Position numbers and translations under genes: made by a program. From contig MHGF01000028.1 in the NCBI GenBank assembly GCA_001805445.1, positions 9,651 to 73,650 of the forward strand: a DNA stretch of 64,000 nucleotides, given 5' to 3'. Position 1 is the stretch's first letter, and each line of letters begins with the position of its first letter. The notes beneath the pieces were generated by a model. That model did no database searches. It had not been told where the DNA came from and saw nothing but the letters and a program-made list of their open reading frames with translations. The stretch is from Omnitrophica WOR_2 bacterium GWF2_43_52 (GTDB taxonomy: Bacteria > Omnitrophota > Gorgyraeia > Gygaellales > UBA12090). Of the stretch, positions 8,813-19,432 are shown in pieces.

Positions 8813-10516
8813 TTACAGCAGGTTCTCTTCCTTCATTTTATTAAAAACCTGATGTGCCAGGATTACGCAATTGATACTGGGGCCTGTATTTTCCAGAAAA
8901 AAACAAAAGGCAAACCTCGGCTTATCATACGGAAGGAAACCCGCAAACCAGCCGTGAGAGAGCTTCGTGTGCACCTGCGCGGTACCAGTCTTTCCGGCTA
9001 CCCGAAGATCCCCCCATCCGATATTGGCGGTTCCGGTCTCGGCATTCACTACATTTTTTAATCCTTCTATCACTGTCTTGAGGGTAGCGGGATCTAAGGT
9101 GAGCATAGCCGCCTCCGGAGGAATTATTTCCTGATCCGCGATTTTACGCACTACAAACGGCTTTATGTATTTCCCGCCGCTTGCGATTATCCCCATGAGC
9201 CGTGCCGCCTGAAGAGGGGTTACCAACACATCCCCTTGCCCAATGCCGAAATTAGCGGTATCGCCGTCATACCACTTTCGCAATTTCATCCTCCGGCTTA
9301 CTACCGAAGGGATATATCCCGATACTTCATGCAACAAATCGATACCCGTAGGCTTGCTTAAGCCAAATTTCAACGCGTATTCGGTTAAAGAATCCGGCCC
9401 CAGCAATAAGGCTAGGTGGTAAAAATAGACATTACAGGAATGTGTCAAGGCTTCAACCAAATTCTGGGAACCATGGGTACTCCAGCACTTGAATTCCTTT
9501 GCCCCTACCAAAAGTTTCCCCGGGCAAAAATACCTTTTATCAGGAGTTATTTTCCTCTTCTCTAAAGCCGCAATCGCTACGATAGCCTTAAATACCGAAC
9601 CGACTGGATACAGGCCAGATAATGCCCTGTTCATGAGAGGGCTATCGGGAGAACGTAAAATGCCGCTCACATATTCGGCTTGATCGGAATCGGTAAAAGC
9701 CCCGGGATAAAACCCGGGGGAACTTACCAAAGCAATAATCTTCCCGGTATCAACCTCCATAATCACTGCTGCCCCTTTTCTTCCCGCGAAGGCATCCTCA
9801 ATAATCCTTTGTATCTTTATGTCAAGGGTTACAGAAACATCCCTTCCTTCAAGAGGCTCCCTGAACCCCAAAACCTTTTGCACCCTACCCCGGTGATCCA
9901 CCTGTATCTGCGTTCCGCCTCCTATCGCTCTTAAGTCATGCTCCAGATACTCCTCCAGTCCCCCAAAGCCAACGATATCGCGCATTTTATATCCATAGTC
10001 CTTAAGCTTGGTAATTCGCCAGGTATCTATCTTGGCTACATAGCCCAGGAGATGGCTTGCGGCATCATGATAGGGATAGTAGCGCTTAGGGATGATCTGA
10101 ACGATGACTCCGGGAAGCTCAAATTTATTTTCTTCTATAAGAAAAGCTGTCTTTTTATCCACATCTTTCGCCACAACTATGGGGACAAATGAAGAAATAA
10201 AATCTTTTTTTATGGCTTTTGTTATTTTTGAGGTAGGCGTGCTTAATAGTACGGCTAATTTCGAAAGCGTTCCCGCATTCTGCCTGAATTCCTGCGGCAA
10301 GACACTAATGGCATATGAAATTCGATTGTCGACGATCAGCTCATTATGGCGATCCAAAATTTTACCTCTGACTCCCTCATGGGGAAGCAACCTGATACAA
10401 TTCTTATTGCTCACATAATAATAGAAGTTCCCCTGTATAATTTGAAAATAAAAAAGCCTGCCGATTAAAATAATAAAGAGTATCCCCGCGAGAATCCTGA
10501 CGTTACCTATACGCAT
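8813..10516 (-). CDS. mrdA: Penicillin-binding protein 2 (peptidoglycan D,D-transpeptidase MrdA)
   Basis: SxxK 'SVFK', 'SCN', 'KTGTA' motifs. ORF track start at 10573 overlaps mreD by 70 nt. Internal Met at 10516 is more likely. Confidence 0.85.
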   Translation of the reverse strand: MRIGNVRILAGILFIILIGRLFYFQIIQGNFYYYVSNKNCIRLLPHEGVRGKILDRHNELIVDNRISYAISVLPQEFRQNAGTLSKLAVLLSTPTSKITKAIKKDFISSFVPIVVAKDVDKKTAFLIEENKFELPGVIVQIIPKRYYPYHDAASHLLGYVAKIDTWRITKLKDYGYKMRDIVGFGGLEEYLEHDLRAIGGGTQIQVDHRGRVQKVLGFREPLEGRDVSVTLDIKIQRIIEDAFAGRKGAAVIMEVDTGKIIALVSSPGFYPGAFTDSDQAEYVSGILRSPDSPLMNRALSGLYPVGSVFKAIVAIAALEKRKITPDKRYFCPGKLLVGAKEFKCWSTHGSQNLVEALTHSCNVYFYHLALLLGPDSLTEYALKFGLSKPTGIDLLHEVSGYIPSVVSRRMKLRKWYDGDTANFGIGQGDVLVTPLQAARLMGIIASGGKYIKPFVVRKIADQEIIPPEAAMLTLDPATLKTVIEGLKNVVNAETGTANIGWGDLRVAGKTGTAQVHTKLSHGWFAGFLPYDKPRFAFCFFLENTGPSINCVILAHQVFNKMKEENLL

Positions 10517-11018
10517 GAAAAGGCGTGTGTTTTGCACATGGTAGTTCCAGGCGATGATACAACGCGCCGACAAGGGGTAAAAAAAGGCAATTTAAAATCG
10601 CTTCGATACAGCCGATAAAGATAAACGGCTTTTTATACATAATACTCAAGACTCCATAATTCCACACGGTAACTGCGGCTACCGCCAGGAATTGCACCCA
10701 TTTCCTATCTTTATACACGTAGCGAAACACTCCATACATCATTGCCCCATTACAGGCAAAACCAAGAGTGCTCATCCCAAAAAAAGATACGCTAAAAAAA
10801 TCTTTTAACAAACCGCAGAGAAGGCTAAAAACAATCATTTCTGAAAACACCGGCATACGCATCGCCATAATAAGCGTTGAGAGTAAAAGAAAATCAGGCG
10901 CTATTGGCAAGCCCCAGAGCGAGGGAACAACGCTTACCTGCAGAAGGCATACTCCTATGGCCAGGCCAACAAGCTTTCCATACGCACGATATTTTTTATC
11001 CGGGGAATAAAAAACCAT
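10503..11018 (-). CDS. mreD: Rod shape-determining protein MreD
   Basis: 171 aa polytopic membrane protein between mreC and mrdA. Confidence 0.75.
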   Translation of the reverse strand: MVFYSPDKKYRAYGKLVGLAIGVCLLQVSVVPSLWGLPIAPDFLLLSTLIMAMRMPVFSEMIVFSLLCGLLKDFFSVSFFGMSTLGFACNGAMMYGVFRYVYKDRKWVQFLAVAAVTVWNYGVLSIMYKKPFIFIGCIEAILNCLFLPLVGALYHRLELPCAKHTPFHAYR

Positions 11019-11024
11019 GGGCTC

Positions 11025-11792
11025 TTATTGCGTGATGATTAACACTTCTTCCACCTGCTTTAAATCGACAAAAGGTTTCACGGTTGCATACTTACCTAAT
11101 CCGTGAGACTCTTCCTGAACCATTGCAACGCTGCCCAGAGGAATAGCAGATGGGTAATTCCTGGTAAGCCCTGAGGTAACCACAATGTCCCCTACGGCTA
11201 TATCGCTATCCTTCTCAAGATATCGCATGACTATCCCGCCTAAAAGAGTTCCGCTGGCCAGCCCTTCACTCTGGCTTCGCTGCAAAGACGCGCTTACAGC
11301 GCTATTGGCATCGTTAAGTAACATCACTTTCGCGGCATGCGCCCACACCTCTACCACCCTGCCTGCCAAACCAGCCTCTGTAATTACCACATTCCCGGAT
11401 TTTACTCCCTGCTTAAAGCCTTTGTCAATCACTACCCCCCTTGACCAATTACCGCTATCCCTGGCAATTACTCGTGCTGCTATAGTAACAAACGGCGCCT
11501 GTTTCTTAAAAGAAAGAAGCCTGTTAAGGCGGTCATTCTCCGCGGCAAGCTCGTTTACCGTAATACTATTGGCGATCAGGCTTGCGATTTGTTTTTTTAG
11601 CTGCCGGTTCTCATTCTGAATAAATTTATACCCAACCATAGCCTTCGTATCAGCGATAAAGCTCGAAACAATTTTTGAAGGGAATAAGAGAACGTTGAGA
11701 ATGAGTGGTTTGAGGTAAGAAATTGAAAGGATCAATAAGGCAATAAAAATAGTGCCTGTGAAAAACGCCTTATAGGGCTTGCGGTTAAACAC
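11025..11792 (-). CDS. mreC: Rod shape-determining protein MreC
   Basis: 255 aa. N-terminal TM, coiled coil, C-terminal beta-rich domains. Sits between mreB and mreD. Confidence 0.85.
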   Translation of the reverse strand: MFNRKPYKAFFTGTIFIALLILSISYLKPLILNVLLFPSKIVSSFIADTKAMVGYKFIQNENRQLKKQIASLIANSITVNELAAENDRLNRLLSFKKQAPFVTIAARVIARDSGNWSRGVVIDKGFKQGVKSGNVVITEAGLAGRVVEVWAHAAKVMLLNDANSAVSASLQRSQSEGLASGTLLGGIVMRYLEKDSDIAVGDIVVTSGLTRNYPSAIPLGSVAMVQEESHGLGKYATVKPFVDLKQVEEVLIITQ

Positions 11793-11992
11793 ATTAACCC
11801 GGATTTTGTATTAGGTTTTGAGGAAAATGGCCTAAATCTTTGTCAGAACAAGGCTTGCGAGCAAAAGTACCACAGCCGTACTCGGTGCAGTACGGCGAGG
11901 ACACTTTTGCGAGTAAAACGCAGTTATGGCAAAGAGTTAGAGACATTTTACCAAAATCCTAATGCAAATTCCGGGTTAAGAAGGATAGCCTG

Positions 11993-13069
11993 TTATTGCT
12001 GGATTCTGGTAGGAACGGTGAGCCTCTTTAAGTAACTCTCTTCATCTAAAACCTTACCTGTGCCCCTAGCAACTGCGGTTAAAGGGTCGTCAGCAATATG
12101 CACGGGCAAGCCTGTTTCTTCAGAAAGTAGTTTATCGAGGCCTCGTAACAACGAGCCTCCCCCTGCCATCATAATTCCATGCTCAATTAAGTCTGCTGCT
12201 AATTCGGGAGGAGTCCGCTCTAAAACTATTTTAGTAGATTCCACTATCGCCCGCACGGGTTCGCGAAGCGCGTCGCGAATTTCCTCGGAAGTTATGGTAA
12301 TGGCTTTAGGAAGCCCCGCGACCAAATCCCTGCCTCTGACGTCAAGGCTCAACTCTTCATCAAGAGGATAGGCTGAACCAATTTTAATTTTAATATCTTC
12401 CGCGGTGCGTTCACCAATCATTAAATTATACGCCTTCTTGAGGTACTCTATAACCGCCTGGTCCATCTCATCGCCTCCGATACGGATTGAGCGTGAAAAA
12501 ACAATCCCCCCCAGCGAAAGAACCGCGATTTCTGTGGTTCCTCCTCCGATATCGATAATCATATTGCCCACGGGCTCCTGGATTGGCAGGCCAACCCCAA
12601 TAGCCGCGGCCTTCGGCTCCTCAATTAACACAATAGAGCCCGCGCCCGCGCGTTCCGCGGATTCCCTGACAGCCCTTTTTTCCACTTCGGTAATACCTGA
12701 AGGGATAGCAATAACGATACGCGGACGAGCCAATTTTCTATAATGCTGTGCCTTTTCAATAAAATGACGCAACATGGCCTCGGTAATCTCAAAATCCGCG
12801 ATAACTCCGTCTTTCATCGGGCGAATTGCCACGATATCCCCGGGAGTCCTTCCCAACATACGCTTGGCTTCAAGGCCTACCTTCATAACCCTGTTGGTTC
12901 CTTTTTCGACGGCGACAACTGAAGGCTCACACAAGACAATGCCTTCACCTTTTACATACACTAAGGTAGTTGCAGTGCCCAAATCGATCCCCATATCATT
13001 AGAAAAAAGCCCCAAGATATAGTTAATGCCCCGGCGTAAGGTATCCCACAATTTTCTTATTTTTCTCAT
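11993..13069 (-). CDS. mreB: Rod shape-determining protein MreB (actin homolog)
   Basis: '[17 protein letters not shown]' N-terminus, phosphate and adenosine motifs. True start may be an internal codon near 12994-13030. Confidence 0.95.
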   Translation of the reverse strand: MRKIRKLWDTLRRGINYILGLFSNDMGIDLGTATTLVYVKGEGIVLCEPSVVAVEKGTNRVMKVGLEAKRMLGRTPGDIVAIRPMKDGVIADFEITEAMLRHFIEKAQHYRKLARPRIVIAIPSGITEVEKRAVRESAERAGAGSIVLIEEPKAAAIGVGLPIQEPVGNMIIDIGGGTTEIAVLSLGGIVFSRSIRIGGDEMDQAVIEYLKKAYNLMIGERTAEDIKIKIGSAYPLDEELSLDVRGRDLVAGLPKAITITSEEIRDALREPVRAIVESTKIVLERTPPELAADLIEHGIMMAGGGSLLRGLDKLLSEETGLPVHIADDPLTAVARGTGKVLDEESYLKRLTVPTRIQQ

Positions 13070-13080
13070 GGATTACATCG

Positions 13081-13869
13081 CTACCCTGTTTTACGAATTA
13101 CCATATCGTCTTCTTTTATCTGCCGAATACTCTCTTTTGAAACCGGTGTAGCAACTGACATAGTATCTTTAACCTCTTCGACCTTCAGTTCGCAAATCTT
13201 CTTACTGTTACGGAATACTTCTAACATATCAGAAACACTGATATTATCCTTCTGTCCAAGGTTTACCACCACAAAATCATATTCCTTATTAACCGCAAGC
13301 ACCTTCCCTTGCCCAGGGGCTGCATTTTTCTGGCCGGAAGCTTCTGAAGGGGTTACCACGATTTTCTCTAACTGCAGGTCCTGTGCCTTTGCTCTTAATT
13401 CCTCGGGGGCTGAAGGAGCTGCCGCATGGGATTTTTCAAGGGCGGTCAACTTTTCCTGGATGCCGCTAAGAGTTTCCTTGGTAGTTTTTAATTCTGCTTC
13501 CAGGCCTGCTTTCGTTGTTTTTAAAGACGCCAACTCTTTTTTCGCGCTTTCGGCCTGTGAGAATGCGTCCTGTTTCGATTTTTGCTCTGATTCAAGCTCG
13601 CTTTGAACCGAGGTAAGAGTTGATTGAAGTTCTTTAAGCTTTGCCTGCTGCTGATCTCTTTGCGCCTGTAAATCTTCCATCTTAGCGCGTAAATCCGTAA
13701 CCTGCTTATCTAATTCGCGTTTTTTTGTTTCTAATTGGCTCACCTGCTCGGTTAACTGCTGGTTCGTTGCTTTTTCCTCCTGTAGCTTCATAAAACAAAA
13801 CGCCGCAAGCGCGCTAACCGCAAGCAAAAAAATAAATAAAATAATGACCGGAGCCTTTCCTTTAGCCAT
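13081..13869 (-). CDS. Membrane-anchored coiled-coil protein with small C-terminal beta domain (function unknown)
   Basis: 262 aa. N-terminal TM, about 150 aa Q/E/K/L-rich coiled coil, C-terminal 'VLAVNKEYDFVVVNLG...' globular domain. Directly upstream of mreB. Confidence 0.6.
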   Translation of the reverse strand: MAKGKAPVIILFIFLLAVSALAAFCFMKLQEEKATNQQLTEQVSQLETKKRELDKQVTDLRAKMEDLQAQRDQQQAKLKELQSTLTSVQSELESEQKSKQDAFSQAESAKKELASLKTTKAGLEAELKTTKETLSGIQEKLTALEKSHAAAPSAPEELRAKAQDLQLEKIVVTPSEASGQKNAAPGQGKVLAVNKEYDFVVVNLGQKDNISVSDMLEVFRNSKKICELKVEEVKDTMSVATPVSKESIRQIKEDDMVIRKTG

Positions 13870-14037
13870 AGATACCTCCCTTATTATAAGCTTTTACTTT
13901 TTCTGCCTGACCAGAGCAGTTTTGGGCAGCTTCTTTTACACCTTTAACCTCAATTATAACAATGAGTTTAACAAATGCAAGCATTTTTTTATCTATGCCT
14001 AAGCCTAAGTAACTTAAAAAGCCTTACGGATCTCCGC

Positions 14038-14928
14038 TTAACTGTAAAAATCACTAAATTCTTCAGGCACCTTGGTAGAAAAAACAAGGAACTTTTTAGT
14101 CACAGGATGGAGGAAACCTAATTCTTTGGCATGAAGGGCAAGCCTGCTCAAAGCAGGAAGTTTGCCATACTTTGTATCGCCGACTATAGGATGGCCGATA
14201 TGCGCAAGATGCACTCTCAACTGATGTGTCCTGCCTGTTTCCGGAGTGAGCTCAACAACGCTAACTTCAGGTAAACGTTTTATAACTTTATAGCGTGTGA
14301 TTGCGTATTTACTGGAATCCGAAAAACGTACTGCTAAACGCCGAAAATCCCTTACATGCCTGCCGATAGGAAAATCAATAATCCCTTCATCTAATTCCAA
14401 ACAACCATGCACCACGGCGACATACTTTCTCGAAATAGTATGTTTTGCGAACTGCTGCACCAGGCTCAAGTGGGCCGCGTTAGTCTTGGCAACTACCATA
14501 ACCCCTGAAGTCTCTTTATCTAAACGATGGACAATCCCGGGACGAACGGGATTAATCGAAGAAAGGCACTGAGTATGCTTCAATAACGCGTTCACCAAGG
14601 TTCCGTCTTTGTTGCCAGCACCCGGATGCACCACAAGGCCTGAAGGCTTATTAATAACCAAAACAGCCTCATCTTCATAGAGTATTGTAAAAGGAATATC
14701 TTCGGGCACTATCTGGAATGGGGCTTGCCCAGGTACAACCACATGGACCATATCGCCTCTCTTAACCTTATAATGAGGCTTTAGAGAACATTGGTTAACC
14801 GTTACAGCCTCCTGCGTAATAACCCGCTGTATAAACGAACGGGAATATTCTTTGCCAAGCTTTTGCGCTAAAAATACATCTAAACGCTTGTCTGAGTCTT
14901 CTTCTGAAACCGTAAAATCATATACCAT
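14038..14928 (-). CDS. rluD: 23S rRNA pseudouridine synthase, RluA/RluD family
   Basis: S4 domain plus 'HRLDKETSGVMVVAKT' catalytic motif. Confidence 0.9.
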   Translation of the reverse strand: MVYDFTVSEEDSDKRLDVFLAQKLGKEYSRSFIQRVITQEAVTVNQCSLKPHYKVKRGDMVHVVVPGQAPFQIVPEDIPFTILYEDEAVLVINKPSGLVVHPGAGNKDGTLVNALLKHTQCLSSINPVRPGIVHRLDKETSGVMVVAKTNAAHLSLVQQFAKHTISRKYVAVVHGCLELDEGIIDFPIGRHVRDFRRLAVRFSDSSKYAITRYKVIKRLPEVSVVELTPETGRTHQLRVHLAHIGHPIVGDTKYGKLPALSRLALHAKELGFLHPVTKKFLVFSTKVPEEFSDFYS

Positions 14929-15629
14929 ACTATTCCTGCGCCAAAAAAAATTGCTGCGCTCAACACCTGGAATACCGTTAATCCGTAAAAGTTACGAGGA
15001 GAATCCCCACGGAAGTATTCCTCTATGAAACGTTCCAAAGAAGCGCATAAAAGATAGGCAACCACAATGAAGCCATCTCGATGCGGCCTGTCTTGCAAGA
15101 GCCGTAAAATGACAAAAATAGCCAACAGGCCAAGAACAGAAAGTAACTGCGAAGGGATAAGCACCTCATTATGCACAGGGAAATACACTCCCCATGAAGC
15201 AACCCTGCCGTAACAACAGCCGTTAAGAAAACATCCTATTCTGCCAATGGCATGGCCTAATGCCACAAAAGGCACAACCATATCCGCGGTTTTAAAAAAT
15301 GGTTTTTTCTTCAATTTCAAATATACGCTGGCGCTTATCAAGCCGCCGAAAAACCCTCCGTACCAGACTAACCCCCCATGCCAAAGCATAAAAATTTCCT
15401 GCGGGTTATCCAGAAAAAAGTCAAAATTAAGGATACTATAGAAGAGGCGCCCGCCAAGAATACCTCCTACTAAAATTACAAAAGCAAAATTCCAAAAAAA
15501 CTCTTTATCATAGTGTAAAAGGCGGGCATAGCGGGAAAGCAAAAAGGCGGAAACCAAAAAAGCCGCCGCCACCATTAAACCATAACTATAGATTTGGATA
15601 AAACCAAATTTAAAAATAACAGGGAACAT
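14880..15629 (-). CDS. lgt: Prolipoprotein diacylglyceryl transferase
   Basis: 249 aa. Lgt signature 'GGRLFYS', polytopic. Confidence 0.85.
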   Translation of the reverse strand: MFPVIFKFGFIQIYSYGLMVAAAFLVSAFLLSRYARLLHYDKEFFWNFAFVILVGGILGGRLFYSILNFDFFLDNPQEIFMLWHGGLVWYGGFFGGLISASVYLKLKKKPFFKTADMVVPFVALGHAIGRIGCFLNGCCYGRVASWGVYFPVHNEVLIPSQLLSVLGLLAIFVILRLLQDRPHRDGFIVVAYLLCASLERFIEEYFRGDSPRNFYGLTVFQVLSAAIFFGAGIVWYMILRFQKKTQTSV

Positions 15630-15695
15630 TTGCCTCTATTAGATAATGGGCAGGTGGATTTATTTGGTATACTCAATAATTTTTGTCACAGCGCG

Positions 15696-16157
15696 CTAGG
15701 AGCTCTGATGACGTGGGGACTTTTTCCAGACGAGATACGCTACCATCATTATCCCTATAGTAATAGCGCTGTCAGCGATGTTGAAGACCGGCCAGATACG
15801 AAAATCAAGGAAATCCACAATATATCCATATCTTAAGCGGTCTAACAGATTACCGCAGGCACCGCCTAAAAGCAAACTCAAGGCAATTCCTTTCGCGAGA
15901 CAATTCCGTGTGTGGCCAACCATAAGCTCACGCGTGATAAAGGCGATAATAAATAAAGATACCACAACAAAAAAGATACTATAGCCTTTCAATAATCCAA
16001 ACGCTATGCCTGTGTTATGGACAAGGGTAATATGAAAAATATTTCTGAGAACAGGAAGTGACTGGCCTACAAGAAGGTTTCGGGAAATATATGCCTTACT
16101 TATCTGGTCAAGGATAATGATACAGAGGCTAATAAACCACAACAAAAAGCCATGCAT
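15696..16157 (-). CDS. lspA: Lipoprotein signal peptidase II
   Basis: 153 aa. 'FNIADSAITIG' motif. Conserved ileS-lspA linkage. Confidence 0.9.
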   Translation of the reverse strand: MHGFLLWFISLCIIILDQISKAYISRNLLVGQSLPVLRNIFHITLVHNTGIAFGLLKGYSIFFVVVSLFIIAFITRELMVGHTRNCLAKGIALSLLLGGACGNLLDRLRYGYIVDFLDFRIWPVFNIADSAITIGIMMVAYLVWKKSPRHQSS

Positions 16158-16189
16158 AGCCTATGAGGGGCGGCCCTGAAGTAATAAGG

Positions 16190-16573
16190 CTATCGGTTTT
16201 TTTCTTCTATACTCTGGCATTTAAGGCAGCATCGGGCAAAAGGTAAGGCCTTAAGGCGCACCTTGGCAATAGGCTTTTTGCACTGCTCGCAGGCGCCATA
16301 GGTGCCTTCGTCGATTCTCTTCAAGGCGTCATTAATCTGCAGCAAAACATTTCTGTCATTAGAAGCCAGGCTCAAAGAAAATTCCCGATCGTAGGCATCA
16401 GTTGCGACATCTGCAGGATGTAAGGTATAGCCTGACATATCGCCTGCGGCTTCTTTCTGCGACTTTTTGAGCGCGTCCTCAGAGATATGTTTTACATCCT
16501 CAGTAATTCTTTCCTTGATCTTTAACAAACTCTCCCGATACCACCGTGCTTCTTTTTTAAGCATTTTTGCCAT
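16190..16573 (-). CDS. DksA/TraR-family C4 zinc-finger protein
   Basis: 127 aa. C-terminal 'CEQCKKPI...CCLKC'. Sits between ileS and lspA. Confidence 0.75.
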   Translation of the reverse strand: MAKMLKKEARWYRESLLKIKERITEDVKHISEDALKKSQKEAAGDMSGYTLHPADVATDAYDREFSLSLASNDRNVLLQINDALKRIDEGTYGACEQCKKPIAKVRLKALPFARCCLKCQSIEEKNR

Positions 16574-16638
16574 TCTGTTAATTCCTCCTTAACCCATACA
16601 CTAGGGGATGAGCTGTGTCTGTCTGACATAACCGCAGA

Positions 16639-19383
16639 TTAGCCCGTTAATGCCCTAACGCATTTAGAGCATATCTGCGGGTACTGCGTATTTTCTCCTG
16701 TATCCTGGGAATAATTCCAACAGCGAGAGCACTTTGTGCCTTTTGCTTTAAGTACGCGGATAAAAGGCTCTTGGGCATCTTCTAATGAAACTGCCGAAAC
16801 AATAAATACCTCAGGCAAACTGTAAAGCAATTCTTTTAAATAACTGTTTTCCTTGGTGATGCCAATGGCCAATGAGGCCTCAAGAGAACTCCCTATCTCC
16901 GCGCTTACTCTTTTCTCCTCAACCGCCTTTAACACCTTATTTCTAAATTGAAGGAGATTATACCATTTATTTTGTAATTCGTCATCAATATATTTACTCT
17001 TCTTTTCAGGCCATCGGGCGCAATGCACGCTTTTTTCCTTATCCTCAACCGCCACGTGGCGCCATATTTCTTCCGCGGTAAAAGGTACTATCGGCGCGAT
17101 TATCTTTACGAGGATGACAAGGATATCATGCATTACCGTCTGGGCTGAACGCCGCTCTAACCCGTCCTTTTTAAAGGTATACATTCTATCCTTTATAATA
17201 TCCAAATAAAAATTGGACATCTGCACAATACAGAACTGGTATATTTCCTGGTAAACCTTATAGAACTCAAATGCCTCATAATATTTAGTAACCTTTTCTA
17301 AGAGGCTATAGGCACAGGAAAGGATATAACGGTCTACCTCAAGCATCTGGGTATACTCGATGGCATCTTTCTCCGGGGAAAAATCTGAAAGGTTGCCCAG
17401 TAAAAATCGTACGGTATTGCGGATCTTACGGTAGGCATCGCTAAGCCGGGATAAAATATCCTTGGAGATACGCACATCCTCGCTGTAATTGCTAGAAGCT
17501 GTCCAAAGCCTTAAGATATCCGCTCCGTATTCCCTGATGACCTCTTCGGGAGAAACCACGTTTCCCATAGACTTTGACATCTTTTTCCCCTCTCCGTCAA
17601 CAACAAAGCCATGCGTAAGCACTGCCTTAAAAGGAGACTTGCCTTCTATCGCCATAGAGGCAATCAAAGATGCCTGAAACCATCCCCGGTGCTGGTCCGA
17701 GCCTTCCACATATAACGATGCCGGAAACGCAAGCTGCGTATCCGCCATGAGCACTGCCCTATGGCTTACTCCTGAATCAAACCAAACATCTAAAATATCC
17801 TCACCGCGCCTGAAGGCCGTATTTTTACAATGGGGACACATAAACTTTTCCGGAATGAATACCGCGGCATCCTCCTTAAACCATGCCTGCGTACCTTCGG
17901 ATAAAACTCTTTGCGCGAAATTCGCAATCACCCCGGCATCGAGGATTTCTTCATTGCACTGCGTACAATGCAACGCGGGAATCGGCACTCCCCAGTACCG
18001 TTGACGTGAAAGGCACCAATCAGGGCGCAGCTCGACCATTGCCTTAATTCTTCCTCTGCCGGACTCAGGGATAAAACAGATATCCTTTTCAATTGCCTTA
18101 ACAATCGCCTTTCGTAACTCCTTATGCTCAAGCCCTAAAAACCACTGTTTCGTTGCCCTGAAGAGCACAGGGCTTTTGCAACGCCAGCAATGCGGGTACG
18201 AATGCTGCTTCTGTCCGTAGAATAAAAGGCACTTTAGCCCCTCCAGTTTTTCTATAATCGCCTTGTTTGCGCTAAAGACATGCAAGCCGGAAAAATCTTT
18301 TACCGTTTGATCAAACTTCCCCTGTTTATCAACAGGCATAAGAATATCCAATCCGTAGCGCAGGCCTGCGACATAATCTTCCATACCATGGCCCGGAGCG
18401 ATATGCACTAAGCCCGTTCCTTCATCCTGAGACACATAATCGGCAAGAATCACCTTTCTGGTAATGGTATCTTCTAAAAACGGGTGCTGGTACAGGACAC
18501 CTTCTAATTCCCTGCCAGAAATCGTTTTTAGGCACGTGCTATCATTTTCAGATAATTCCATATCCTTAAGGGCATTACGCAATAAATTTTTCGCGATAAC
18601 TAGATTCCCCTTGCCTGTTTCAACAACAACGTACTGCACGTTACAATGGGCGGCTACTGCCACATTGGCATACAATGTCCAAGGAGTCGTGGTCCAAATT
18701 ACCAAAGAAGAATCCTTGGGGAACAGAGAACCGTCAATAATCTTAAATTTCACATAAATTGAAGGAGAGGCTTTATCTTCATACTCAACCTCGGCTTCAG
18801 CCAAGGCAGTTTCACAGGTTGAGCACCAGTTTACCGGTTTTAGCCCTCGGCAGATAAATCCATTCCGCACCAATTCCCCTAATGCCCGAACAATTTCATA
18901 CTCATAGCGCTTATCCAAAGTCAGGTAAGGATTATTCCAATCACCGAAAATTCCCAGGCGCATAAATTCTTCTTTCTGAATAGTGACAAAGCGCATGGCA
19001 TAGGCATATGCTTTCTTCCTAAATTCAATCTGTGAAATCTGCTCTTTGGTTATCTTCAATTCTTTGAATAACTGATGCTCAACCGGAAGGCCATGGCAAT
19101 CCCACCCAGGCACATAGGGAGCATCGAAACCCTGCATCGTCTTACAACGCACAATCATATCTTTGAGTATCTTGTTTAAGGCATGGCCGATATGAATACT
19201 GCCATTGGCATAAGGAGGGCCGTCATGAAGAATATACTTTGGTTTACCGCTATATTTTTTGCGGATTTCTCCGTAGATATCCTCTTCCTGCCAAAATCGT
19301 AATGTCTTTGGCTCGTTTAAAGGCAAACCCGCCTTCATCGGGAAATCAGTTGAAGGAAGATTAAGGGTTGTTTTATAGTCCAT
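16639..19383 (-). CDS. ileS: Isoleucine--tRNA ligase
   Basis: 914 aa. 'HIGHALNK' and 'KMSKSMGN' class I motifs, C-terminal zinc-binding cysteines. Confidence 0.97.
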   Translation of the reverse strand: MDYKTTLNLPSTDFPMKAGLPLNEPKTLRFWQEEDIYGEIRKKYSGKPKYILHDGPPYANGSIHIGHALNKILKDMIVRCKTMQGFDAPYVPGWDCHGLPVEHQLFKELKITKEQISQIEFRKKAYAYAMRFVTIQKEEFMRLGIFGDWNNPYLTLDKRYEYEIVRALGELVRNGFICRGLKPVNWCSTCETALAEAEVEYEDKASPSIYVKFKIIDGSLFPKDSSLVIWTTTPWTLYANVAVAAHCNVQYVVVETGKGNLVIAKNLLRNALKDMELSENDSTCLKTISGRELEGVLYQHPFLEDTITRKVILADYVSQDEGTGLVHIAPGHGMEDYVAGLRYGLDILMPVDKQGKFDQTVKDFSGLHVFSANKAIIEKLEGLKCLLFYGQKQHSYPHCWRCKSPVLFRATKQWFLGLEHKELRKAIVKAIEKDICFIPESGRGRIKAMVELRPDWCLSRQRYWGVPIPALHCTQCNEEILDAGVIANFAQRVLSEGTQAWFKEDAAVFIPEKFMCPHCKNTAFRRGEDILDVWFDSGVSHRAVLMADTQLAFPASLYVEGSDQHRGWFQASLIASMAIEGKSPFKAVLTHGFVVDGEGKKMSKSMGNVVSPEEVIREYGADILRLWTASSNYSEDVRISKDILSRLSDAYRKIRNTVRFLLGNLSDFSPEKDAIEYTQMLEVDRYILSCAYSLLEKVTKYYEAFEFYKVYQEIYQFCIVQMSNFYLDIIKDRMYTFKKDGLERRSAQTVMHDILVILVKIIAPIVPFTAEEIWRHVAVEDKEKSVHCARWPEKKSKYIDDELQNKWYNLLQFRNKVLKAVEEKRVSAEIGSSLEASLAIGITKENSYLKELLYSLPEVFIVSAVSLEDAQEPFIRVLKAKGTKCSRCWNYSQDTGENTQYPQICSKCVRALTG

Positions 19384-19384
19384 G

Positions 19385-19420
19385 TATCAGCTCTCTGCTA
19401 TCAGCCATCAGCCATCAGCT
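19385..19420. repeat. Heptanucleotide repeat (atcagcY x3-4) in the ileS 5' leader
   Basis: gtatcagctctctgctatcagccatcagccatcagct sits immediately 5' of the ileS start codon. Confidence 0.8.
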
Positions 19421-19432
19421 GAAAGCCAAACG

